Of a stretch of 64,000 nt of DNA, positions 45,674-55,879 are shown piece by piece (position 1 is the first letter of the stretch; each line of letters starts with the position of its first letter). The translations under genes and the position numbers were made by a program. Under the pieces are notes generated by a model. That model was not told the origin of the DNA. It saw only the letters and a list, made by a program, of their open reading frames with translations, and ran no database searches. The stretch is taken from NCBI GenBank assembly GCA_944331845.1, contig CALVIT010000001.1, positions 48 through 64,047 of the forward strand. The letters are read 5' to 3'. Origin of the DNA: an uncultured Clostridia bacterium. GTDB taxonomy: Bacteria > Bacillota > Clostridia > Christensenellales > UBA1242.

Positions 45674-46192
45674 ATGTCTGCTAATCAAGATAAGAAAAAA
45701 CTTATTGTAGAAGAGATTAAAGAAAAAATCGAGAAAGCAAAGTCAATAGTTTTCATTGATTACAAAGGTATTAATGTTAACAATGACATTAAGATGCGCC
45801 GTGATTTTAGAAAGAATAATTGTGATTACAAAGTTTATAAGAATAGACTTGTTTTGCGTGCGCTCAATGACCTTGGCATTACTGGATATGAAGACAGACT
45901 ACAAAATACTTTGTCTGTAGCATTTAGTTACAACGATGAGACAGATGCTGCTAGAGTTGCTAAAAATGCAATGAATGACAATCCAACTATCGCGATTAAG
46001 TTCGGTATTGTTGACAAGAAATTTGTAGATGAAGACGGTATCAAGGCTCTTGCAGAACTTCCATCAAGAGAAGTTTTAATAGCAAAGTTGCTTGGTCAAC
46101 TCAATGCACCTGCTCAACAACTTTGCAGTGTATTGTCTGCTACTTCAAGAAATCTTGTATATGCACTTGATGCTATTGCAAACAAACAATAA
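45674..46192 (+). CDS. rplJ: 50S ribosomal protein L10
   Basis: AAGGAGG RBS 6 nt before ATG 45674. MSANQDKKKLIVEEIKEKIEKAKSIVFIDYKGINVNNDIKMRRDFRKNN...YKVYKNRL is typical L10. The track's upstream extension is leader sequence. Confidence 0.9.
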   Translation: MSANQDKKKLIVEEIKEKIEKAKSIVFIDYKGINVNNDIKMRRDFRKNNCDYKVYKNRLVLRALNDLGITGYEDRLQNTLSVAFSYNDETDAARVAKNAMNDNPTIAIKFGIVDKKFVDEDGIKALAELPSREVLIAKLLGQLNAPAQQLCSVLSATSRNLVYALDAIANKQ

Positions 46193-46231
46193 TTATTTAT
46201 ATTTTATTAAAGTTAATTGGAGGAATTTAAA

Positions 46232-46606
46232 ATGGAAATTAATGAAATAGTTGAAGTTATTAAGGGTATGACCCTTACACAAGTTAGCGAACTTGTTAAA
46301 GCATTAGAAGAAGAATTTGGTGTTAGCGCTGCTGCTCCTGTAGCTGTTGCTGCTCCTGCTGCTGGCGCTGCTGCTCCTGCTAGCGAAGAAAAATCAGAAT
46401 ACTCAGTAGTTTTGAAAGAAGTTCCTGCTGATAAGAAACCAGCTATCATCAAAGCTGTTAAAGAAATCACTGAACTTGGACTTTTGGATGCAAAGAAACT
46501 TGTTGATGGCGCTCCTGCTACAATTAAGGAAAATGTATCTCCAGAAGCTGCTAAAGAAATGAAAGCTAAACTTGAAGAAGCTGGCGCTACTGTTGAACTT
46601 AAATAG
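46232..46606 (+). CDS. rplL: 50S ribosomal protein L7/L12
   Basis: [39 protein letters not shown], an Ala/Pro hinge, then [27 protein letters not shown]...[14 protein letters not shown]. Confidence 0.95.
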   Translation: MEINEIVEVIKGMTLTQVSELVKALEEEFGVSAAAPVAVAAPAAGAAAPASEEKSEYSVVLKEVPADKKPAIIKAVKEITELGLLDAKKLVDGAPATIKENVSPEAAKEMKAKLEEAGATVELK

Positions 46607-46627
46607 TCTATCCTATTTCTATAGATG

Positions 46628-46660
46628 AGTACCGACCTATAAGGGTTGGTACTTTTTTTT
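46628..46660 (+). terminator. Rho-independent terminator
   Basis: AGTACCGACC...GGTTGGTACT stem followed by T8. Confidence 0.8.
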
Positions 46661-46886
46661 ATGCCCATTTGTGAATAATGGGGGAGTATAGTTAAATAAG
46701 GGTATAGTATAAGTTAATAATTATAATATTTGTTTTATAACATTTAGTAATATAACTTCAATATACTTAATAGAGTATTTCTTTTTGTTGTCTTTTATAA
46801 ATTAGTTATAATTTTTATTAAAATATATTATATATTGTATCAATTTGGGACTTATCAAAATATATTAATTATATTGGAGGTCTATT

Positions 46887-47396
46887 ATGGATATTAATTT
46901 TACTGCGGGGAGAGAATATCCCGAAATTGTGGACGCCCGACCAAATGAATATTATGTGAGATTATTATACAATCTTAGAAGTTCTTACGAAAGTGAGTTA
47001 ACCGCAATCTTACAATATTTGTATCAACACGATGTACTCAAAGATAGCAATAAGGAAGTATCATATATTATTGAAGAGATTTCATTAGTTGAAATGCACC
47101 ATATGGGGCTTTTGGGCGAAGCAATAGTTGCTTTTGGTGGCAAACCTTGTTACATTAATTCAAATAATGAGAATTTCAATACTTGTTGTGTTGCATATTA
47201 CACTAACATTAAGCAGATTCTCGAAAAAAATATTATGGACGAAAAGAACGCTGTCGAAGCATATAGGCATACCGCTAGTTTAGTAGACAATGAAAGTCTT
47301 AAGAATTTGTTGTTGACTATCGCTGAAGATGAGTGTGTTCACATTAAAATCTTCCAAAGTTTATTAGATGATTTGGATATGTACAAGAGATATTAG
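46887..47396 (+). CDS. Ferritin-like / manganese-catalase-family protein (CotJC-like)
   Basis: GGAGG RBS. RPNEYYVRLL...SELTAILQYLYQ...SLVEMHHMGLLGEAIVAFGGKP and a distal EDECVH give an ExxH-type di-metal pattern, as in CotJC-type proteins. Confidence 0.55.
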   Translation: MDINFTAGREYPEIVDARPNEYYVRLLYNLRSSYESELTAILQYLYQHDVLKDSNKEVSYIIEEISLVEMHHMGLLGEAIVAFGGKPCYINSNNENFNTCCVAYYTNIKQILEKNIMDEKNAVEAYRHTASLVDNESLKNLLLTIAEDECVHIKIFQSLLDDLDMYKRY

Positions 47397-47571
47397 TTTT
47401 AATGAAATAACAAAATAAGATTTTACTTATTATTAACTATGATTAAATATTAAGACTAAAAATTAAATATATTATAATTTGTAATTATAGATTATATTAA
47501 TTTAGAGATAAAAAGTTATCAAATCTATCATATTTAAAATTAAATTACATATATATAACCTAGAGGTTATT

Positions 47572-48117
47572 ATGGAAAAATTTGATGATAGATTAGATGG
47601 TTTTACGGTCGCAGAATATGACGCATTAGCACAAGCATACAATGTAAATTCTGGCAAACAAAATAATAATGGTATTTTGGTAGAGAATAAATCTTTCTTT
47701 GATTCAGCACAAAATGAAAGCAAAATTTTTGGCGGAGATGATTTTGTAGCGACTCTTCCAACACAAGAATCAAATGTTACTAAACAAAATGATGTAGTTA
47801 ATTATGATGATAATGTGGTTGCTCCTGCACCTCAAATCTCTTATAGTGGTTTAAATGACAGTGAGAGAAAGTATCTTAATGACTTGATTCAAGATTTAAG
47901 ACAATATTACAATGATGACTATGGACTTAGTCAGTACTTAGGGCAAGAAGTGCAAGAAGTCGAAAGACCAATATTGTATTTTGTTAGCAAAAATAAAATA
48001 TTATCAAAGATTGTCAATTTGTTATGTTCAATATTTGATAAATCTCGTCTAAATAAAGAATTAAGTGAATTAGTCAATTCTTTGATATCATTATCAAAAA
48101 TTGTAAACGCAAAATAA
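47572..48117 (+). CDS. Hypothetical protein
   Basis: AGAGG RBS-like sequence before the ATG. No recognisable motifs. Confidence 0.45.
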   Translation: MEKFDDRLDGFTVAEYDALAQAYNVNSGKQNNNGILVENKSFFDSAQNESKIFGGDDFVATLPTQESNVTKQNDVVNYDDNVVAPAPQISYSGLNDSERKYLNDLIQDLRQYYNDDYGLSQYLGQEVQEVERPILYFVSKNKILSKIVNLLCSIFDKSRLNKELSELVNSLISLSKIVNAK

Positions 48118-48488
48118 TTATATTTAAGGCATAAATTAAATTAAAAATATACAACTTTTATTAGTTGTATATTTTTAATAAAATCATAATTAATAATATC
48201 ATAGAATATTTGCAAATATTATAGATAATTTATAATTTTATTGCAATGTTATTTTAAATATTAATAATCTAATGTATTTATCATATTATAATAAATATGA
48301 GATAATAGAATTATATCTATGAATTTTAATTATTTTAATATGATAATATATTTTACCTATTAATATTAAATAAAATATTAAATAATGATTATTCATAATG
48401 TGTTAAAGAATAAAAATTACAAAGAATGTAACAAAAATTGGTACAAGATATTAGGTATATTTAATGTGAATTTATCAATACTAATTAT

Positions 48489-48695
48489 ATGAAAGTAATT
48501 GAACAAATAGACAAGGCAACAAGCGAATTAAATGAAGCGGAGAAACAAATCTTAAATGAGCATACTAAGAAGACAGCAAATCAGTTGAGCCATTATCTCA
48601 ACTTAAAGAAACAAAAATTGTATTTGAAGAAAAAACTCAAACACAATCAAGTTGAAGAGATTAAGAAAGAGATTAAAGATGAGACAATATTTTAA
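48489..48695 (+). CDS. Small K/E-rich coiled-coil-like hypothetical protein
   Basis: ORF of 68 aa with no clear RBS. A strong terminator at 48779-48832 downstream suggests a real transcription unit. Confidence 0.3.
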   Translation: MKVIEQIDKATSELNEAEKQILNEHTKKTANQLSHYLNLKKQKLYLKKKLKHNQVEEIKKEIKDETIF

Positions 48696-48778
48696 ATTGC
48701 TATATTTATAGTAAATTAATATTCGATAATTTAATTCTAATATAATATGTAAGTTAAAAAATATTATTGTATTATTTT

Positions 48779-48832
48779 AAGCAATCATATTTAGCAAATT
48801 TTCGCAAATTTGTAGGTATGATTGCTTTTTTT
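48779..48832 (+). terminator. Rho-independent terminator (long compound hairpin)
   Basis: Perfect 11-bp stem AAGCAATCATA / TATGATTGCTT with an inner CAAATTT/AAATTTG stem, followed by T-run. Confidence 0.75.
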
Positions 48833-48926
48833 GTAGAATTTTGATACAATATATCATATACATTTTTGTTTATAACATCTAATTTGTGTTAATAAATTGT
48901 ATATAATAAATTATTGAGTGTGAAAT

Positions 48927-49871
48927 ATGGACAAATACGATATTATTAAGACAACAAAAACTTATCAAAAGGTTGTTGATGACTTTATAAATGGGAAGAT
49001 GAGTCATTGTAGTTTACTTATTACTCCTGACAAAATGTCAAGAGAGATTTTTGGCGTAGTTTTCGCTAGTCTACTCATTTGTCAAGATAAAAACGACATA
49101 ATTACACAAAATATTATCAAACATATTCATCCCGATGTATTTTTCTTACCAAAAAGCGGAATTTTGAAGGTAGAAGATGTAGAATTTGTGCTTGAAAGGT
49201 TGAATTATTATCCTATGGAAGCGGAATGCAAAGTATTTATACTTGAGAATTTCTCTTCTGCAACTGTGCAGGCGCAGAATAAATTACTAAAAACACTTGA
49301 AGAGACACCAAATAATGTGTACTTTTTGTTGTGTAGTGAGAAAGAAGATGGAATACTACCAACAATCAAATCTAGATGTCAAATTTTGGAATTAGAACCG
49401 CTAAGTGAGAATGCACTTAATATAATGTTAAGTGAATTTATGGTCGATGCTAAGACTATGGAAGTTGCCAAATTTTATGGTAGGGGAGAATTAGGTAGAA
49501 TTGAAGAAGCACTTACTGACCCAAATATTTTGAGTATGGTCGATTTGTCTTTTGATATTGTCAAAAATTGTAAGTCTTCAAATGATATTTTAAGTTTTGC
49601 TGTCCGTATAGAAAAATTTAAAAATAGTTTAACTAAATTTGTCCAAATATATAGTGATGTTATTCAGGAGATTTTGAGAATAAAAATTTTGAATACAAGC
49701 GAATACAAACTTTTGAATTTTAACGAACTTGTTAATAATTTTTCGGTAGATGCAATTTTAGTTTTACAAGATAGGTTAATTAAATTTTTAGAAATGTTAG
49801 ATAGATTTTGTAATCCTATTTTGGTTATTGATGAATTATTAATTCAAACTTGCAAATGTAAAATTATGTAG
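48927..49871 (+). CDS. holB: DNA polymerase III subunit delta'
   Basis: HCSLLITPD, HPDVFFL, KVFILENFSSATVQAQNKLLKTLEETP, LPTIKSRCQILEL (SRC motif). Gene order with ricT and rsmI matches Bacillus. Confidence 0.85.
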   Translation: MDKYDIIKTTKTYQKVVDDFINGKMSHCSLLITPDKMSREIFGVVFASLLICQDKNDIITQNIIKHIHPDVFFLPKSGILKVEDVEFVLERLNYYPMEAECKVFILENFSSATVQAQNKLLKTLEETPNNVYFLLCSEKEDGILPTIKSRCQILELEPLSENALNIMLSEFMVDAKTMEVAKFYGRGELGRIEEALTDPNILSMVDLSFDIVKNCKSSNDILSFAVRIEKFKNSLTKFVQIYSDVIQEILRIKILNTSEYKLLNFNELVNNFSVDAILVLQDRLIKFLEMLDRFCNPILVIDELLIQTCKCKIM

Positions 49872-50067
49872 TTAGTATATGTAACTTTATAAATATGTTA
49901 AAATATTCATATTTGATTGTATACATATTGCTACACTTACATATTACATTTTGAACATATCAAAAATTATACATTTGTATAATAATACATATGTATAAAA
50001 TGAATATATGAATAATTTATACATTTGTAAGACAATACAAATGTTAAAAATATATATAGGAGTGAAA

Positions 50068-50937
50068 ATGAGTAAATATTTAATAAAATCGCCTTATACA
50101 ATTCTAGTGAAGGTAGCACAAGCGGGAGATAATGAAGAGTACAGAGTTGGTGATTCGGTTATTATAGAAGATGACAATGGCAAGCACATTGTGAAGGTTG
50201 TAAAATCTTGCGAAAGAATAAATGCTGAACCATTATACACAATCTTACATAAAGCGACACAACAAGAACTTGACAACGAAAAAAATAATCAAGTCAAAAT
50301 TGACAAAGCATTCAAGTTATGTAATGACTGTATAGATAAGATGAAATTGAATATGAAGTTAAAGAAAGTATATGCAAATAATGATGCTTCTAAAATTTTG
50401 TTTTATTTCACTTCAAGTACTCGAGTAGATTTTAGGGAACTTGTAAAAAAACTCGCTAGCGAATTTGCTAGGACAAGAATAGAAATGCGACAAATCACAG
50501 AGCGAGAAGAAGTCGCTATGTTTGGCGGTGTGGGGCAGTGCGGGCGTGTTTGTTGTTGCGCTGATTTCCTAGAAGATTTTGGACAGGTCGCTATCAAAAT
50601 GGCTAAGAATCAAAACATAGCATTGAATCCTAATAAGGTCAATGGTTTTTGTGGTAAATTGTTGTGTTGTCTAGGGTACGAGAATCAAGATTATATAGAA
50701 GCAATGCAAGTTATGCCTAAGGTAGGGCAAGTCTTGAATCTTCCAGACGGAGCGAAGGGAGTTGTACATTTTAACCACCTTATAAAGAAGATTGTTAGGG
50801 TCGAAGTTCAAGATAATGATGAGATGATTATCAAAGATTTCACTTTAGAAGAATTAGCACAATGTAATGATGATTTGCCTAAAGGTTATGAAATAATCGA
50901 TTGTGATTATGACAAAAATAAATTTGAGAATAATTAA
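50068..50937 (+). CDS. ricT: PSP1-domain protein RicT/YaaT
   Basis: TAGGAGTG RBS before ATG 50068. PSP1 core FYFTSSTRVDFRELVKKLASEFARTRIEMRQI and the Cys cluster GQCGRVCCC...FCGKLLCCL. Confidence 0.85.
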   Translation: MSKYLIKSPYTILVKVAQAGDNEEYRVGDSVIIEDDNGKHIVKVVKSCERINAEPLYTILHKATQQELDNEKNNQVKIDKAFKLCNDCIDKMKLNMKLKKVYANNDASKILFYFTSSTRVDFRELVKKLASEFARTRIEMRQITEREEVAMFGGVGQCGRVCCCADFLEDFGQVAIKMAKNQNIALNPNKVNGFCGKLLCCLGYENQDYIEAMQVMPKVGQVLNLPDGAKGVVHFNHLIKKIVRVEVQDNDEMIIKDFTLEELAQCNDDLPKGYEIIDCDYDKNKFENN

Positions 50938-50949
50938 GTATGGTATTAT

Positions 50950-51633
50950 ATGGGAGAACTGAGAGAAGATAGTTTACTTATTGGAGAATATAAAGTATAT
51001 CAAGATGCTGACGCCTATTGCTTTACTAGCGACAGCGTTCGATTGAGCCGTTTTGTCGCTTGCAAAAATAGTGATAAGGTGCTAGAACTTTGCGCTGGAT
51101 GCGGTATTGTGTCTTTGCATAAATTCGCTGAGAACGAACAAAATGGCGACAATGGCAGGGGAGAATTTTACCTTGTAGAATTACAAAAAGTGCTGTACGA
51201 TTTGTTGACAAAGAATATAGCAGTAAATAATCTAAACGATGTTTTCTATGCTATTAATGATGATTTGAAGAACACTTTTAATCATACTAAGAAGGCGTAT
51301 TTTGATGTCGTCATTTGCAATCCGCCTTACGAAAAAAATTCAACAGGGTTCAAAAAACAAAAACAAAGCGATATGATAGCAAGAGCAGAGATTACTACAA
51401 ACTTCGATGAGATAACAAACATTGCTGGAAGTGCATTAAGATTTGGCGGTGCATTTTACTTTTTGTGCAAAAGTGAAAGGTTATTTGAAATATCTAATAC
51501 TATCAATAAATATAATATGATTATTAAGGTAGTTCATTTTATTAAAGGTGGCGGAAGATTTAGACTATCGCTTGTCAAGGCGGTTAAGGGTGCTAAAGAT
51601 GGTTGTCAATTCGATGTGTACAAAGAGTGTTGA
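50950..51633 (+). CDS. N6-adenine methyltransferase, tRNA1(Val) m6A37 TrmN6/YabB-like
   Basis: SAM motif VLELCAGCGIVSL and catalytic DVVICNPPYEK (NPPY). Its position between ricT and rsmI matches yabB in Bacillus. Confidence 0.7.
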   Translation: MGELREDSLLIGEYKVYQDADAYCFTSDSVRLSRFVACKNSDKVLELCAGCGIVSLHKFAENEQNGDNGRGEFYLVELQKVLYDLLTKNIAVNNLNDVFYAINDDLKNTFNHTKKAYFDVVICNPPYEKNSTGFKKQKQSDMIARAEITTNFDEITNIAGSALRFGGAFYFLCKSERLFEISNTINKYNMIIKVVHFIKGGGRFRLSLVKAVKGAKDGCQFDVYKEC

Positions 51634-51931
51634 TATGTGGATAACTGCATATATTTGTAGGGTTTATGTTATGAATTTGTATTATAATTGATAGTATTTA
51701 GTAGTATAGATGTAGATATAGAATAACAATTTTATTTTAAGTATAGTATAATCATATTTATTTTAAGAATGTATAATTATAATTTATTTAATAAATGTAA
51801 TCATTATATTATTATACATTTTTAGTAAAATTGAATTTTAGTTTTAGTAAATTTTAATTGTATCAAAAATTACAAAATAAATTTAGTTTATCTTTAAATG
51901 AAGGTAATAGTACAATTTAGGTAGGGCAATT

Positions 51932-52753
51932 ATGGATAGTAGAGAGTATTCATTTTATTTTGTAGGTACGCCGATAGGAAATTTTGAAGAAATGACATAT
52001 AGGGCAGTAGAGATTCTAAAGTCGGTCGATGAGATTTGGTGCGAAGATACAATTCATTCAAAACCACTTTTGAATAAATTTAATATCAACAAACCTTTAC
52101 AATCATTTCACAAATATAGCGATGAGAGCAAAGTAAATGAGTGTATTAGTAAGTTGTTGAGTGGCAAAAAGATTGCCTATATATCCGATGCTGGTATGCC
52201 TTGCATTAGCGACCCAGGGGCGAGATTAAGTAAAGCGATGATTGATAATAATATTGACTATACCGTTGTGTCTGGGGCGTGTGCGTGCATAAATGCACTC
52301 ATATTGAGCGGGCTAGATTGTGATAACTTCTATTTTGTTGGGTTTCTAAAGGATAAACAAAAAGAGAAGAAACAACAAATTGATAATGTCAAAGACTTAA
52401 AATGTACTTTAGTATTCTATAGTAGCGTACATAATATACAAAAGGATATAGACTATTTGCTAGATAATTTAGGCGATAGACAATGTGCTGTTATGAGAGA
52501 AATAACAAAATTGTATGAGAGTGTTGTGCGTGGTAAACTGAGCGAAATTCAACTTGACGCTATCAAAGGAGAGTATGTCATTGTCGTTGAAGGTAAAGAA
52601 GAAGAGAAGAGCAATTTGACAATGGAAGAATTTTTGTGCGAGAGATTAAAGACGCTTGACGGTAAGACGGCGGTTAAAGAGACTGCTAAAGAATTTGGAA
52701 TACAAAAAAATGAAGTATACAAATTGTATATAGAGAAGTACAAAGATTTTTAA
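51932..52753 (+). CDS. rsmI: 16S rRNA (cytidine1402-2'-O)-methyltransferase RsmI
   Basis: FYFVGTPIGNFEEMTYRAVEILKSVDEIWCEDT and ISDAGMPCISDPG are tetrapyrrole-methylase-fold RsmI signatures. Confidence 0.9.
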   Translation: MDSREYSFYFVGTPIGNFEEMTYRAVEILKSVDEIWCEDTIHSKPLLNKFNINKPLQSFHKYSDESKVNECISKLLSGKKIAYISDAGMPCISDPGARLSKAMIDNNIDYTVVSGACACINALILSGLDCDNFYFVGFLKDKQKEKKQQIDNVKDLKCTLVFYSSVHNIQKDIDYLLDNLGDRQCAVMREITKLYESVVRGKLSEIQLDAIKGEYVIVVEGKEEEKSNLTMEEFLCERLKTLDGKTAVKETAKEFGIQKNEVYKLYIEKYKDF

Positions 52754-52982
52754 TTATAATTATAGAGATATATAATAAGTGTATAAAAGATTAATATATA
52801 AATAATAAATAATTAATTATATTATACATTTTAACTTTCGTATTATATAATTTTTATTATTAATTTGTAAGTTAAGTTATTACAATATTAAACTTAAGTA
52901 TCCCTTATTATGTTGCGTAAAAATATTTTTTATCTAAAATTGTAAGAAAATTTAAAAAAATCTTATAATCATATTAATCTAG

Positions 52983-53011
52983 TTGACTTTTGTAATATAA
53001 TAGTGTATACT
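52983..53011 (+). promoter_or_regulatory. Sigma-A promoter of the lipoprotein gene
   Basis: TTGACT (52983-52988), 17 nt, TATACT (53006-53011). Confidence 0.6.
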
Positions 53012-53055
53012 CTCTCATGAGAGTAATAAGTACTCATTGTAAAAGGAGAAGAAAT

Positions 53056-53763
53056 ATGGAATCAACAAAAACTAAAAGAATAATAGTGTCAGCACTTGTT
53101 GCTTTGATGCTTATTTCAAGTGTATTTATCCTATCTGCTTGTGGATCAAAGGAAATTAAAGTTTCAAATTATGCCGAATTAATCGAGGCTATGTCAGGTG
53201 AATATGAAGTAATTAAACTTACTGATGATATCATCATTGAAGACACTATTGCCGTTGCTAGAGAAGTTGTATTAGATTTGAATGGTAAAAAGATATATAA
53301 CACAACTGATGTATGGGATACACAAAATAATAATTGGTCAGTTATCTCAGTTAGAGAGAACGGTAACTTAACTATTAAAGGGGAAGGAACAATCCAAGCA
53401 AAAGAGAACGACTGCTACGCAGTAGATGTTATGGATGGCGGAAACCTTGTCGTTGAAGGAGGAGAATTCGTTGGTAATATGCACGCAGTATATGTTTATG
53501 AAGGTAGCGCTGAAATAAAAGGCGGGAAATATTCTGTTCAACAAATTTATTCAGCAGAGAAACCATATGAATTTGTATTAAATCTATATGACGCAAATAG
53601 AACTAACGGAACTGCAATCATTACTGTAACAGGTGGTACATTTGTAGGATTTAATCCACAAAACAACCAAGCAGAAGGGCCTGAAACAAACTTTGTTGCT
53701 GAAGGATATGTTGCAGAATTAGCAGAAGGTAGCACAGATACTTATGTTGTTAAAAAAGCATAA
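53056..53763 (+). CDS. Lipoprotein with a small beta-helix-like domain
   Basis: AAAGGAG RBS before ATG 53056. Signal MESTKTKRIIVSALVALMLISSVFILSAC (lipobox LSAC). Repetitive G-rich beta-strand pattern (GEGTIQA...GGNLVVEGGEFVG...GSAEIKGGKY). Confidence 0.7.
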   Translation: MESTKTKRIIVSALVALMLISSVFILSACGSKEIKVSNYAELIEAMSGEYEVIKLTDDIIIEDTIAVAREVVLDLNGKKIYNTTDVWDTQNNNWSVISVRENGNLTIKGEGTIQAKENDCYAVDVMDGGNLVVEGGEFVGNMHAVYVYEGSAEIKGGKYSVQQIYSAEKPYEFVLNLYDANRTNGTAIITVTGGTFVGFNPQNNQAEGPETNFVAEGYVAELAEGSTDTYVVKKA

Positions 53764-54123
53764 TTATCATTGTTAATTTTGTATGAGTAATAAATTTATT
53801 AAAACAAAGCAAATATTAATCTAGAATTATTCGCTTTGTTTTTTTATATAATTTTATTATAGATTGATGTAATTCATTCTTATGATTATTGTATATTTGA
53901 TAAATTATATAAAAATAAGTTAAATAGGTACGAATAATTTTTGTTATTATATATTAAATAGTTTTATAAAACCATTAAAATTATTTGACTAAAAATTAGG
54001 TGTTAAAATGCACTATATTTAATCAAGACATATAATTATGTTTTTAACTCTTTTGCAAAAGTGTTAATAACATATTTGTGGACTAAAAAATTTGGGCGTG
54101 CATATAATATTACAGGTGATATT

Positions 54124-54417
54124 ATGAATAAATTAATTGTTAAAGTGGGGTACAATGATAGTTTATCTAAAATAGCAGAGCGTTATAATTTAACAACAAA
54201 AATTTTGAGTTCCGCTAATAACAATATAACTGAAGTTGAGGAAGGAGATTATTTGATTATTCCTTTTAAGGCGAAGGCTATTCACACTGTGCGACCTCTT
54301 GAGACTTTAAATGAAATTGCACAAAAATATTGTGTAAATGTGGATAAGTTAAAAAGTGATAACAACATTGTTGCTCCGCTTTTTGTCGGGCAACAAATAA
54401 TTATTATGGATGATTAA
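54124..54417 (+). CDS. Small tandem LysM-domain protein with no signal peptide
   Basis: AGGTGA RBS before ATG 54124. Two LysM-type units (VKVGYNDSLSKIAERYNLTTKILSSANN and HTVRPLETLNEIAQKYCVNVDKLKSDNN). Confidence 0.7.
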   Translation: MNKLIVKVGYNDSLSKIAERYNLTTKILSSANNNITEVEEGDYLIIPFKAKAIHTVRPLETLNEIAQKYCVNVDKLKSDNNIVAPLFVGQQIIIMDD

Positions 54418-54784
54418 TTAGATTATTTAATGTTAATTATATTAAATGATTTTAATTATTATAGATTGAGTGTAATTTTATTTTTAATAATTTAACATTA
54501 TTAATCTTTTAGTAATAAGTTTAGATTAATATTAAAATATTATAGAATTAGTATGCATAATATAGAAATAACATTATCATATTTGATAATGCTATTTTTA
54601 TTTTATTAGTTAAATTTGTGTTAAAACATTTAATTTTGTAGAATATGCATTCTATAGATATATTACTTACTAAAATTGTATTGATAATAAAAATTCTTAA
54701 CTTTAACTATATTATTGCTGTCTATTAATAGACTAATTATTGACATTATATTTATTTTTTGATACTATAGATAAGTAGGTTATT

Positions 54785-55522
54785 ATGGAAATTAAAGAAA
54801 ATAATGGTGGCACATATATTCTGTGGGTATTTATAATTGTTGGGTGTCTATTAATATGCGGGGGAATAGCGTTAGGAATTTATAATTGGGTGCAGTCAAA
54901 AAATTATGTCAAGGTCGATGCGGTTATTGTTGGTATAGATGTTTCTTATGATAGTAGTGGGGATAAGCATCATTCTGTAACAGTTGAATTCGAGTATGAA
55001 GGTAAAATTTATAGCAATATTCCTACAAGTTCATATAATAGTGATATGTATGTAGGGCAAGTTATTAGCGTATTGTGCAATAAAGATGACCCAACGAAAT
55101 TGCAGAGTAAGATAATATGGATTATTGTGCCTTGTATTCTTTTTGGAATGGGAATATTATTAGTTTTAATTATTTATATATTTTTACACAAAGTTATTAT
55201 CAAAAAACGGGGCGAAAAGTACGCTCGCAAAAATGGCGAAGTCTTGTATTGTACAATAACTTCAGTTAAACCTGACACTTCATATCGAGTGAACGGGCGT
55301 TTTGTTAACAATATTATAGAATGTGTCCCGTTGTACGAAAAAGCGGAGAAATATATGAGCAATCCTTATAGTATGAAATATAAAGTTATGGTAGGTAGCA
55401 TTGTCAAATTATATCGTGATAGAAATAATCATTCAAATTATTATGTTGATTTAAAGTCTATTGAGCCACCTACCATATATAATGATGACAAACAAAATAT
55501 TAATTCTAATAATGAAATCTAA
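54785..55522 (+). CDS. DUF3592-like membrane protein
   Basis: TM, a beta-rich segment (VDAVIVGIDVSYDSSGDKHHSVTVEFEYEGKIYSN), TM, and a second similar soluble segment. Promoter TTGACA-17-TACTAT upstream. Confidence 0.5.
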   Translation: MEIKENNGGTYILWVFIIVGCLLICGGIALGIYNWVQSKNYVKVDAVIVGIDVSYDSSGDKHHSVTVEFEYEGKIYSNIPTSSYNSDMYVGQVISVLCNKDDPTKLQSKIIWIIVPCILFGMGILLVLIIYIFLHKVIIKKRGEKYARKNGEVLYCTITSVKPDTSYRVNGRFVNNIIECVPLYEKAEKYMSNPYSMKYKVMVGSIVKLYRDRNNHSNYYVDLKSIEPPTIYNDDKQNINSNNEI

Positions 55523-55879
55523 AATAAATATAAATATAATAAATAAATATGTATTTAACTTATTATATTTAATAATATAGATAAAAAATGTAAAAGTGTT
55601 ATAGTGTACATATAATAAAGCAATTTTTTTATTAATAATACATATAAAAAATTACTATTTATTAAATAATTTCTATTATTTTATTTTAATAATTCTTAAC
55701 TTTTATATAATCAATTATATCAGGTATTTTATAGTAAGTTATACTAATAACTAATTTACTAAAATTTTAAGCATTTTAGTTTTTTGCTATGTCATTAAGT
55801 GTAAACTATTTTTTATGTCTATTAATTTTTATATCTATTAATCAATAAGTATTAAAAATTAATTACATATAAATGCTAA

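Noticed and set aside
46213-46668. 151-aa ORF antisense to rplL. The same applies to other antisense or overlapping track ORFs: 1165-1431, 4618-4995, 7746-8096, 28309-28752, 36077-36475, 60268-60585, 61639-61965, 62551-62871.
   Set aside because: All are fully embedded in well-supported genes on the opposite strand or in another frame. They lack RBSs and have compositionally mirrored, motif-free products.
51636-51644. Single perfect DnaA box (TGTGGATAA) just after the trmN6-like gene, at the place where yabA sits in Bacillus
   Set aside because: An isolated 9-mer has no neighbouring boxes. One occurrence in 64 kb is compatible with chance or with a weak site.
53010-53021. 12-bp perfect palindrome CTCTCATGAGAG overlapping the -10/+1 region of the lipoprotein promoter, considered as an operator
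   Set aside because: It is too short to distinguish from chance and does not recur elsewhere in the window. It is noted only as a possible 5' stem or operator.
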